A stretch of 25,150 nt of DNA from assembly GCA_016931855.1 (NCBI GenBank), contig JAFGDZ010000041.1, positions 1 through 25,150 of the forward strand. Reading direction: 5' to 3'. Position 1 is the stretch's first letter. Every line of letters begins with the position of its first letter. Both the position numbers and the translations under genes were made by a program. The notes under the pieces were generated by a model, which saw only the letters and a list, made by a program, of their open reading frames with translations, was not told the DNA's origin and did not search any database. The stretch is from Bacteroidales bacterium. Lineage in GTDB: Bacteria > Bacteroidota > Bacteroidia > Bacteroidales > Tenuifilaceae. This document shows, piece after piece, positions 8,555 to 16,076 of the stretch.

Positions 8555-9513
8555 TCTATTGTGATTGTAATATTTTTGCCGTTAGTGGTATATGTAAATC
8601 CTTCTCCTGTAACATCTTGAAATACGTTGAGGATTTGGGTTAAACTCTCATCGTTTGTGAACTTAATAGAGTACTTATCTGTGGGTAGTGACGCTTTTGA
8701 GTAGATAAAACTTACGTTAAACCTTCGTTCTAGCGCATTGAAAATATCCCCCATTGTTAGCTCGTTGAATAGTAGTGAACCATTGCGCCAAGTGGATGTG
8801 CTATCGGATACGCCCTGTAAAACAGAACTTTTGCTGGCTATGTTATAAACCAATTCCTGATTAGGTTGAAGCGTGTACTTTTCCTTAGACAGCTGAATGG
8901 CTACCTTTCCGTGTGTGAGGGTGGTGGTTACTAGCTCGTCGTTGGGATAGGTTTTTACGTTGAACTGCGTCCCTAAAACAGTTACTGAGAGGTCTTTGGT
9001 TGTAACCACAAAGCGTTTATACTCATTTCGCACCACTGAGAAATAGGCCTCGCCTGTTAGCGTAACATTTCGGAGAGAGTCGCTGAACTTATCATTATAG
9101 CTAATTTTGCTACAGGCGTTCAGCCATACCGTAGAACCATCGGGTAGTTGAATCTCTTTTTGCTCTCCCGCAAGCGTAGCTACCTCTATGGTATTAATGC
9201 TGCTGCTCTGATAAATCCATATACTTGCAATAACTATAAAAGGGATTAATGCCGCGGCAACACGGGGGAGTGTATGTTTTATAAATCGGTTGTGGTGGCT
9301 TTTTATTCCGATTTTTGCGTTTACCTCACGGAGCGATTCCCGTGTGGCCCTGTCTGCTCCACCATCTAGCTGTTCCCATATTTGGAATAGCGCCTTGTCT
9401 TTCTCCTGCGCGAACTCACTATCTACAAGCCATTGCTGGATTTTTGTATTAGTCTCCGGATTATGTTGCTTCCCGAAGTATTGGGCAATCAGTTTTGATA
9501 TGTAGTTTGCCAT
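8551..9513 (-). CDS. FecR-family anti-sigma / signal transduction protein
   Basis: 320 aa; single TM segment followed by ATLAGEQKEIQLPDGSTVWLNACSKISY-type FecR core and C-terminal STN-like module; ATGA overlap with the downstream receptor gene. Confidence 0.9.
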   Translation of the reverse strand: MANYISKLIAQYFGKQHNPETNTKIQQWLVDSEFAQEKDKALFQIWEQLDGGADRATRESLREVNAKIGIKSHHNRFIKHTLPRVAAALIPFIVIASIWIYQSSSINTIEVATLAGEQKEIQLPDGSTVWLNACSKISYNDKFSDSLRNVTLTGEAYFSVVRNEYKRFVVTTKDLSVTVLGTQFNVKTYPNDELVTTTLTHGKVAIQLSKEKYTLQPNQELVYNIASKSSVLQGVSDSTSTWRNGSLLFNELTMGDIFNALERRFNVSFIYSKASLPTDKYSIKFTNDESLTQILNVFQDVTGEGFTYTTNGKNITITIE

Positions 9514-9516
9514 TGC

Positions 9517-10221
9517 TTAGAATTTTAGGTTGAGTTTACCTCCGGTTTGATAGTTCCATTTCTCTTTCTTCTTGTCATACTGATATTCGGTCTCAATGCC
9601 AAGCTGAGACCCTTTGCCAAAATTCAACACCAGTGATGCTCCTGAACTGGTTTGTGGCAACAGATTGCTAATGGTTGGGCTCATTGGGCTGTCAGTAAGA
9701 TACTGTCCCCAAGCGTTGAGGTCTAATTGATTTGTTATGGCGTAATTGATGCTGAATCTAGCTCCGGAGCGGTCGGTTCCGTATGGAAGATGGTTTGTGA
9801 ATTGCTTTACGGCAAGTAACCCGCCTGTTAACTTTAGCTTGCTGTTGGGTTTAAAGCCCAGTGCTACATAGGCAAGGTTGTAGCTTGCGAGATTTTGATA
9901 CTGTTTTTGCTCTCCCTTTGTGTAAAGAAATATCCCTTTATACAGTGGCAGTATGCCGTTATTGCCATAATGCTGAGGTGATATTTTGAAAGTTGATTTG
10001 CCTATAGTAGTGGATTCGGTTGAATTCTGGGTGCTTAGGTAATCCAGATGCATTGTTCTTGCATCAACACCAATAGGTTGCAATGGTATGTTAATGAGCT
10101 CCAGATTTATGATTGTCTGCTTCTTATCTGTAGTGAGAATGTTTTTATTGTTCTCACTTTGTGCCATTGCATGAAAAGTAATGAGCACATAGCCCGTTAT
10201 AAAAAGTAATGTTCGTTTCAT
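9517..10221 (-). CDS. Hypothetical secreted/outer membrane beta-barrel-like protein
   Basis: 234 aa; signal peptide MKRTLLFITGYVLITFHAMAQ, alternating strands (LKLTGGLLAVKQF, FSINYAITNQLDLNAWGQYL, GASLVLNFGKGSQLGIETEYQYD) and terminal LNLKF. Confidence 0.55.
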   Translation of the reverse strand: MKRTLLFITGYVLITFHAMAQSENNKNILTTDKKQTIINLELINIPLQPIGVDARTMHLDYLSTQNSTESTTIGKSTFKISPQHYGNNGILPLYKGIFLYTKGEQKQYQNLASYNLAYVALGFKPNSKLKLTGGLLAVKQFTNHLPYGTDRSGARFSINYAITNQLDLNAWGQYLTDSPMSPTISNLLPQTSSGASLVLNFGKGSQLGIETEYQYDKKKEKWNYQTGGKLNLKF

Positions 10222-10275
10222 ATTCGCTGCTTATACATGTATTACAACTTGCAGCGATAATACTCCCGACCCCGA

Positions 10276-10815
10276 TTAAAGAAAAAGGCAAAAGAATAGC
10301 GAGATTATTTTCCGAAGTTCCTGCAGTGCCAAGCTGAGCTGGTTCTCTACCGTTTTTTTGCTGATGCCTAGTGTGTTGGATATATCGTTGTTACTCATGC
10401 CCTTGTTACGGCTGAGTATGTATATTTTCTGGCGCTGTACGGGCATCCTGCTAACCGTTATCTCGGTGAGTAGGCTTATTTCGCGGGCAAAGAGCACCTC
10501 CTCAGGAGTGGCCACATCACTAGTGTATTGGAAACTATTCGTGTAAGTTTGTTCTACTAATTTATGCTTGATGAAATTAAAGGCAGCGTTTCGTGCTATA
10601 GTATAGATATATGCACCAATAGGTTTTTCTTCGTTCAGGGCTTCGCGATTTGTCCATAGCTTCACAAACACATCTTGCGCTAGCTCTTCTGCATCAGCAT
10701 CCGATTTGATAATACCATCTATAAATAGGCGTACTTTTTTGAAATAGAATAAAAACACCTCCTCAAAAGCCTTATGATTTCCCTTGCGTAAAGCTTCAAT
10801 TGTCTCTTTCTCCAT
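10276..10815 (-). CDS. ECF-type RNA polymerase sigma factor (FecI-like)
   Basis: 179 aa; DADAEELAQDVFVKLWTNRE region 2; MPVQRQKIYILSRNKGMSNNDISNTLGISKKTVENQLSLALQELRK region 4. Confidence 0.9.
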   Translation of the reverse strand: MEKETIEALRKGNHKAFEEVFLFYFKKVRLFIDGIIKSDADAEELAQDVFVKLWTNREALNEEKPIGAYIYTIARNAAFNFIKHKLVEQTYTNSFQYTSDVATPEEVLFAREISLLTEITVSRMPVQRQKIYILSRNKGMSNNDISNTLGISKKTVENQLSLALQELRKIISLFFCLFL

Positions 10816-10887
10816 TTATGTTGCTATTACATCTAATATAATACAACTAAGTAGTGTATTACACCCGATTTTTAGCTAATTGAACGA

Positions 10888-11292
10888 TTATGATTCCTTA
10901 ATCCTCAAGTAGCTCTTTCTCCCAAACGATAGGTAGTAAGCAATTGGGAGTGCGCAAATAATTAGTGGAGTTAAGTAGTATCGTTCGTTAAAGTTATTTG
11001 TAAGGCTTAGTATTGTTGGGATTATTGCAACAGGGAGCGCTGCAAGTATAACTCCAAACTTTAGCCCTTTAAGGGTTACTCGCTTGGGCTCATTATTGTC
11101 AAGATGTAGCGTAAGGGTTTGGCTACCGCACCAATCTATTTTGGCAGTAACGGCATATTCCCCTTTGGGTAGGCTAAACTCCTTGGTTTCACCTGGACTA
11201 ATTTTGCCAATTAGGTTGTTGTTTGCATAAATTCTATAGTTGCGTCCAAGGTCTAATAGCTGTGTGTTTCTGTTAATGATAAGATTCGGCAT
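10888..11292 (-). CDS. Hypothetical membrane protein with PEGA-like N-terminal part
   Basis: 134 aa; YRIYANNNLIGKISPGETKEFSLPKGEYAVTAKIDWCGS resembles PEGA-type beta sandwich; two hydrophobic segments. Confidence 0.5.
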   Translation of the reverse strand: MPNLIINRNTQLLDLGRNYRIYANNNLIGKISPGETKEFSLPKGEYAVTAKIDWCGSQTLTLHLDNNEPKRVTLKGLKFGVILAALPVAIIPTILSLTNNFNERYYLTPLIICALPIAYYLSFGRKSYLRIKES

Positions 11293-11310
11293 TGTGTATT
11301 CTGTTAGTTT

Positions 11311-12231
11311 CTATTTTACTTTCTGCTCAATATTAAACTCAATATTCCATTCCTTTACGTACTCCTCAATTGGGCCAAGGCCAATTTCTTTGCGGCGCTG
11401 GTTTACGTATTCAGGGTCGATTAGTTTATATAGCACGTACTTACCTGTCTCTGTGTCGGTGGTTATTTGTGAGCCGTACACCTGAGGTAACCCCTTGTAC
11501 ATGTTAATTCTATCCTCTAGCATGGCTAGGTGATGGCCCATTGATTCCCCTTTTAATACCGATTCTCGCAAAAGTGGTAAGTATTTTTCCTCTATCTCCA
11601 CTGGAGCATGTTGAATAATGAGCCATAATGCTGTATTGCCCTTTTTTCCTACTAAGCTAATTCCAACCCAGCCTCTTGTTTCTATAATCTCAATAACCTC
11701 TTTTTCGTTAATGCTGTCCTGTTTGGCAATTGTTTCCCAAAAGAAGTCCATCTCTTCCGAGCCTCTTTCAAAATTTTCTAACGCCTCATTGTAAAGCAGC
11801 CGTAGGGTTTGATCCTTAACATATATTTTCTCCAACTTTTCCTTTAGGGGCTTATCAAAGTTTTTTTCGTACTCGTCTAGGTTGGCTTGTACTAGTTCAA
11901 GTATGCTATTCCACTGCGATGTTTCCCTAAGCCCTTTTAAGTCGGAGTCCTTACTCATCCACTTTGTGTTATTATACCCAGCGTTAGCTGCTTCCCTTAA
12001 AAGCGATAGTGCGCTTGTTGTATCGTTCCCTAGTGAGCATGCGCAAGCTGCGTTGTAGTATATGTCAGCATCGCGTTTTTCGTGTTGCAGGGCCTGTTGG
12101 TAGGTTTTGCAAGCATCGCCGTACTTTTTCATGCTTAGCAGGCTATCGGCTTTGCTTAGTAGCACGTTTTGCTGTTGGGCGTATATTGTTCCGCTAATTA
12201 CAGTGGCTAATAGAAGTGGAAAAAATTTCAT
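11311..12231 (-). CDS. Secreted TPR-containing DUF6624-like protein
   Basis: 306 aa; signal peptide; TPR-like KKYGDACKTYQQALQHEKRDADIYYNAACACSL; MLEDRINMYKGLPQVYGSQ resembles DUF6624. Confidence 0.6.
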   Translation of the reverse strand: MKFFPLLLATVISGTIYAQQQNVLLSKADSLLSMKKYGDACKTYQQALQHEKRDADIYYNAACACSLGNDTTSALSLLREAANAGYNNTKWMSKDSDLKGLRETSQWNSILELVQANLDEYEKNFDKPLKEKLEKIYVKDQTLRLLYNEALENFERGSEEMDFFWETIAKQDSINEKEVIEIIETRGWVGISLVGKKGNTALWLIIQHAPVEIEEKYLPLLRESVLKGESMGHHLAMLEDRINMYKGLPQVYGSQITTDTETGKYVLYKLIDPEYVNQRRKEIGLGPIEEYVKEWNIEFNIEQKVK

Positions 12232-12351
12232 GGATTAAATTGGGGTTTGTTTTGTTCTCTAAAAGTATTAAGCAACTTGAGATACTTTCTCTGTCGATGA
12301 ACTTTTTTGCTGCTCAGAAAACGAATTCTCATAGTTAACCGCTTTATTCCC

Positions 12352-12359
12352 TACCTTTG
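12352..12359 (+). promoter_or_regulatory. Candidate -7 element upstream of helicase gene
   Basis: TACCTTTG matches TAnnTTTG; no clear TTTG -33 at the normal spacing. Confidence 0.25.
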
Positions 12360-12383
12360 CACCACACATAATATCCATAACAG

Positions 12384-13691
12384 TTGATAGATTCCATTCT
12401 AAGCCGCTTAGGGTTTACATCCCTAATGCCCATGCAGAAGGCTGCCATTTCTGCCATCGCCCAAAACGATAGGGTTATTCTGCTCTCGCCAACAGGCTCG
12501 GGCAAAACGCTGGCATACCTTATTCCTGCCATCGATTTTATCAATCAGCAACAGGAGGGCGTGCAGGTTCTGGTAATTGCCCCTTCGCGCGAGCTGGTGC
12601 TGCAAATTGAGCAGTACTTTAAGGGTATGGGTACGGGCATTAAGGTGAACGGTTGCTATGGTGGTCACCCCATGTGGATTGAGGAGCAGAACCTAACCCA
12701 GCCCCCAGCCCTACTGGTGGGCACTCCCGGTAGGCTAGTGGATCACCTGCAGAGCCAGAATTTTAACCCCGCATCGGTTGGTATGGTTATCCTGGATGAG
12801 TTTGATAAGGCGCTGGAGTTCGGCTTTCATAACGAGATGTCGGCCATACTGCAAATGCTGCCCAACGTAACCAAGCGCGTGCTTATATCGGCCACCCAAA
12901 CCGATACGCTCCCTGAATTTGCTGGTATGGATAACGCCACCACGCTTAGCTTTTTACCCGAAGCAGAGCAGGAGGCGCAGCTAACCCTCCATGTTGTACG
13001 CTCAACCGAGCGCGATAAGGCCTACACGCTGCTACACCTGCTGTACCACCTAAAGGGCGAGCAATCTATTGTGTTCCTTAATCATCGCGAGGCGGTGGAG
13101 CGCATTCATAATATTCTTGCCGACAATGGCATCCACGGCTCATTTTACCACGGGGGGCTCGATCAGCATGTGCGTGAGCGCGCGTTGGTTAAGTTCCGCA
13201 ACGGTAGCGCCAATGTGTTAATTTGTACCGATTTGGCCTCGCGCGGCCTCGATATTCCCGAGGTAAGGCATATTATTCACTACCACCTCCCAACCACCGA
13301 GGATGCCTTTGTGCACCGCAATGGGCGTACTGCCCGAATGAACGCTACGGGCGCGTCGTACCTTGTGCTAAGCGGCGAGGAGGGTGTTCCTGCCTACATT
13401 GCCGAGGAGCCCACGGAGCTTATGCTACCCAGCAACCTTTTACCTCCCAATCCACCGCGCTTTACTACCCTTTACATAGGCAAGGGCAAAAAGGATAAGG
13501 TGAATAAGGTTGATGTGGTGGGATTCCTTACTCAAAAGGGTGGCCTGCGTAAAGATGAGATTGGGCTTATTGAGAGCAAGGATTTCTTTACCTATGTGGC
13601 CGTGGCATCGGACTGCGTCCCAAATCTACTAATGCGCGTTAAAACCGAGCGCATCAAGAACATGAAAACGGTAATAGAGGTATCGCTTTAG
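12384..13691 (+). CDS. DEAD-box-like ATP-dependent RNA helicase with DbpA-type RNA-binding C-terminus
   Basis: SPTGSGKTLAY, VGTPGRLVDHL, VILDEFDKALEFGF, SAT, SIVFLNHREA, ASRGLDI, HRNGRTARMNATG; C-terminal FTTLYIGKGKKDKVNKVDVVGFL. TTG start at 12384; an in-frame TAA is at 12378; first ATG is about 12429. Confidence 0.9.
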   Translation: MIDSILSRLGFTSLMPMQKAAISAIAQNDRVILLSPTGSGKTLAYLIPAIDFINQQQEGVQVLVIAPSRELVLQIEQYFKGMGTGIKVNGCYGGHPMWIEEQNLTQPPALLVGTPGRLVDHLQSQNFNPASVGMVILDEFDKALEFGFHNEMSAILQMLPNVTKRVLISATQTDTLPEFAGMDNATTLSFLPEAEQEAQLTLHVVRSTERDKAYTLLHLLYHLKGEQSIVFLNHREAVERIHNILADNGIHGSFYHGGLDQHVRERALVKFRNGSANVLICTDLASRGLDIPEVRHIIHYHLPTTEDAFVHRNGRTARMNATGASYLVLSGEEGVPAYIAEEPTELMLPSNLLPPNPPRFTTLYIGKGKKDKVNKVDVVGFLTQKGGLRKDEIGLIESKDFFTYVAVASDCVPNLLMRVKTERIKNMKTVIEVSL

Positions 13692-13700
13692 CGATTATCA

Positions 13701-13708
13701 TATATTTG
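13701..13708 (+). promoter_or_regulatory. Candidate -7 element upstream of AraC-type regulator
   Basis: TATATTTG exact TAnnTTTG, 22 bp before ATG 13731; no clear -33. Confidence 0.3.
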
Positions 13709-13730
13709 TAGGAATAATAGGGGCTAAACA

Positions 13731-14867
13731 ATGAATGTGGTTTACATCATAGGGATATTTCTTTCGCTTTTCCTCTCGTTCCTTCTCCTTACCAAAAAGG
13801 GGAAGGGGCTACCCGATAAGGTTTTAGCCATATGGATGGCTGTTGTGGGGCTACACCTATTTAGCTACTACATATACTACTTAGGCTACTGGGGGAAATT
13901 CCCGCATCTAATTGGTGTGTTTGCTCCAGTGCCCCTTCTTCATGGCCCCCTATGCTATTTGTATGCTCTGTTCTCTATTCGTAAGGAGCGGCGGTTAAGG
14001 GCTTTGGATTTTGCCCACTTTATTCCCTTGGTGGCCGCATACCTTTACATGATTCCCTTCTTCCTGTTCACAGCCGAGCAAAAGGTACTTGTTGATAAAG
14101 GGTTGATTGACGATTTTGGCACCTTTACGGAGCTGCTGCTGGTTGCTTTTGCTGTATCCGGATTAAGCTACTCGGTACTTTCCTATAGGCTTATTGGCAG
14201 GTACCAACGGTTAATTGGGAATAACTTCTCATACGATGAGCAAATAGACCTTTCCTGGCTACGCTACTGCATTTGGGGCATTGCGGCTATTTTTATTGTT
14301 GTAACCATTGGCTCAATTCTAACCGAGGGGTTAAGGCTTAACCTTGGCTTCGATATCAACATAGTTTACTACTCCCTTGTGGTGATTTTTATTTTATGCA
14401 TTGGCTACTTTGGCATTAGGCATAGGGATATTTTTTCTGATAATGTGCAGCAGCCAAGCCTGCAAATCTATGAGCCCAAAACTCAGGGTGAGTACAAAAA
14501 GTCGGGGTTGGATAGCGATACCGCAGCATTGCTGCATAAGGAGCTTATTAGGGTGATGGAGTCCCAAAAGTTGTACCTTGAGCCTAAGCTTACCCTTGGC
14601 ACTCTTGCCGAGCAGCTAAAGGTATCGGTAAACCACCTTTCGCAGGTTATTAACCAGTACGAGGGTGTAAATTTTCACGATTTTGTAAATAGGTATAGGG
14701 TTGATGAGTTTAAGAGCCGCATTGCCAATCCCAAGTACAAGGGATTTAGCCTGCTGGCTATAGCTTTCGATTCTGGTTTTAACTCCAAATCATCCTTTAA
14801 CCAAATCTTTAAAAAATCAACAGGGCTTACCCCATCTCAATACCTTGAGCGTTCTGCAAAGGGGTAA
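13731..14867 (+). CDS. Membrane-anchored AraC-family transcriptional regulator
   Basis: 378 aa; N-terminal multi-TM part and C-terminal HTH: LTLGTLAEQLKVSVNHLSQVINQYEGVNFHDFVNRYRVDEFK...AFDSGFNSKSSFNQIFKKSTGLTPSQY. Confidence 0.9.
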   Translation: MNVVYIIGIFLSLFLSFLLLTKKGKGLPDKVLAIWMAVVGLHLFSYYIYYLGYWGKFPHLIGVFAPVPLLHGPLCYLYALFSIRKERRLRALDFAHFIPLVAAYLYMIPFFLFTAEQKVLVDKGLIDDFGTFTELLLVAFAVSGLSYSVLSYRLIGRYQRLIGNNFSYDEQIDLSWLRYCIWGIAAIFIVVTIGSILTEGLRLNLGFDINIVYYSLVVIFILCIGYFGIRHRDIFSDNVQQPSLQIYEPKTQGEYKKSGLDSDTAALLHKELIRVMESQKLYLEPKLTLGTLAEQLKVSVNHLSQVINQYEGVNFHDFVNRYRVDEFKSRIANPKYKGFSLLAIAFDSGFNSKSSFNQIFKKSTGLTPSQYLERSAKG

Positions 14868-15041
14868 CTCACATTTTCTTTTGTTTTTTGGTGTTTGGCT
14901 AATTGCGTTGTAATCAATTGAAAAGACGCTTGTGCCTATAGGTTTGCACCACAACTTTGTCCGTGCGTATAGGTGTGAACGATTGGCTTTGGGCTGTATC
15001 GCAACTTTGTCCTCAAATCAAAATCAAATTGGAGGACAAAT

Positions 15042-15896
15042 ATGCTTACCGTTCAGCGTTACAAGCACCCCTTTCTTTTTTATAGCCTATCTACAATTAT
15101 ACCTTGGATATTCTGGTTTGGTGCAGGGTATTTAAGCCGTCACACCGCCGGAAGTCCATTCTACCTAAAGTTGTCGGGCATACTTGGTGTAGTTGGTTTG
15201 CTTGCACCTGTTGCCGTGGCCTTGGCTTTTATGCTTCCCAATAGGGCGCTGCGCAACGATTTCTTCTCTCGGTTTTTCAACTTCCGTGGCATTAAACCCA
15301 TATACATTGCGCTTACTCTTTTGCTGATGCTTGCAAGCATTCTGCTGGCGCAGGCCATATCGTTGCTGTTTGGCTACAGCGCAACGCAGTTCCGTTTTGC
15401 CGAGCATTACTCGTTTGCATCAAGTGTGCTGCCCGTTATGTTTATTCTAATAGTAGCACCACTACTAGAGGAGCTGGCTTGGCACTCCTATGGCACCGAC
15501 TGCTTACGTCAGCGGTTCAGCCTGTTTACCACATCGGTAATATTTGCGCTGTTCTGGGGTGTTTGGCACTTCCCGTTATCAACCATCGAGGGCTACTACC
15601 ACAGCAACGTGGTTGAGTCAGGGGTTATCTACTCGCTCAACTTCCTTTTTAGCCTAGTCCCCTTTGTGCTTATCATGAACTGGCTGTACTATAAGGCCAA
15701 TCGCAATATCCTTGTTCCCATAGTTTTTCATATTACCGCTGGGCTTTTTAATGAGATTTTTGCAACGCACCCCATGAGTAAGGTTATCCAAACAGGGCTG
15801 CTAATTATTGTTTCGGTGGTTATTGTGCTGCGTGAGCGCAGTTTCTTTTTCGGTAAAGAGTATTCTGTTCCTTGCCATAGGGATAATAGGGCTTAG
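15042..15896 (+). CDS. CPBP-family intramembrane metalloprotease
   Basis: 284 aa multi-TM; APLLEELAWHSYGTDCLRQRF (EExxxxR-like), ALFWGVWHFPLS, VFHITAGLFNE motifs. Confidence 0.85.
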   Translation: MLTVQRYKHPFLFYSLSTIIPWIFWFGAGYLSRHTAGSPFYLKLSGILGVVGLLAPVAVALAFMLPNRALRNDFFSRFFNFRGIKPIYIALTLLLMLASILLAQAISLLFGYSATQFRFAEHYSFASSVLPVMFILIVAPLLEELAWHSYGTDCLRQRFSLFTTSVIFALFWGVWHFPLSTIEGYYHSNVVESGVIYSLNFLFSLVPFVLIMNWLYYKANRNILVPIVFHITAGLFNEIFATHPMSKVIQTGLLIIVSVVIVLRERSFFFGKEYSVPCHRDNRA

Positions 15897-15899
15897 CGT

Positions 15900-15934
15900 C
15901 TCATAAAATATGGTGTGACTTGGTGTTTTATGAG
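15900..15934. terminator. Possible weak terminator/hairpin after CPBP gene
   Basis: CTCATAAAA (15900-15908) and TTTTATGAG (15926-15934), perfect 9-bp inverted repeat, 17-nt loop, AT-rich, 3 bp after the stop codon. Confidence 0.35.
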
Positions 15935-16076
15935 TTTAAAACAGGCCTGTACTGCAAAGCAAAGTTTAAATCCAATGGTTACCATGCTACATATTTGTTC
16001 CAGTTGTGCTAAAAAGATGGGTTCTGTACCTTCTTATTTTTCAATTTATTGTATTTACTATAATCAATTTTAAGCG

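Noticed and set aside
13223-13498. 91-aa plus-strand ORF inside the helicase gene
   Set aside because: Alternate frame of a well-supported helicase.
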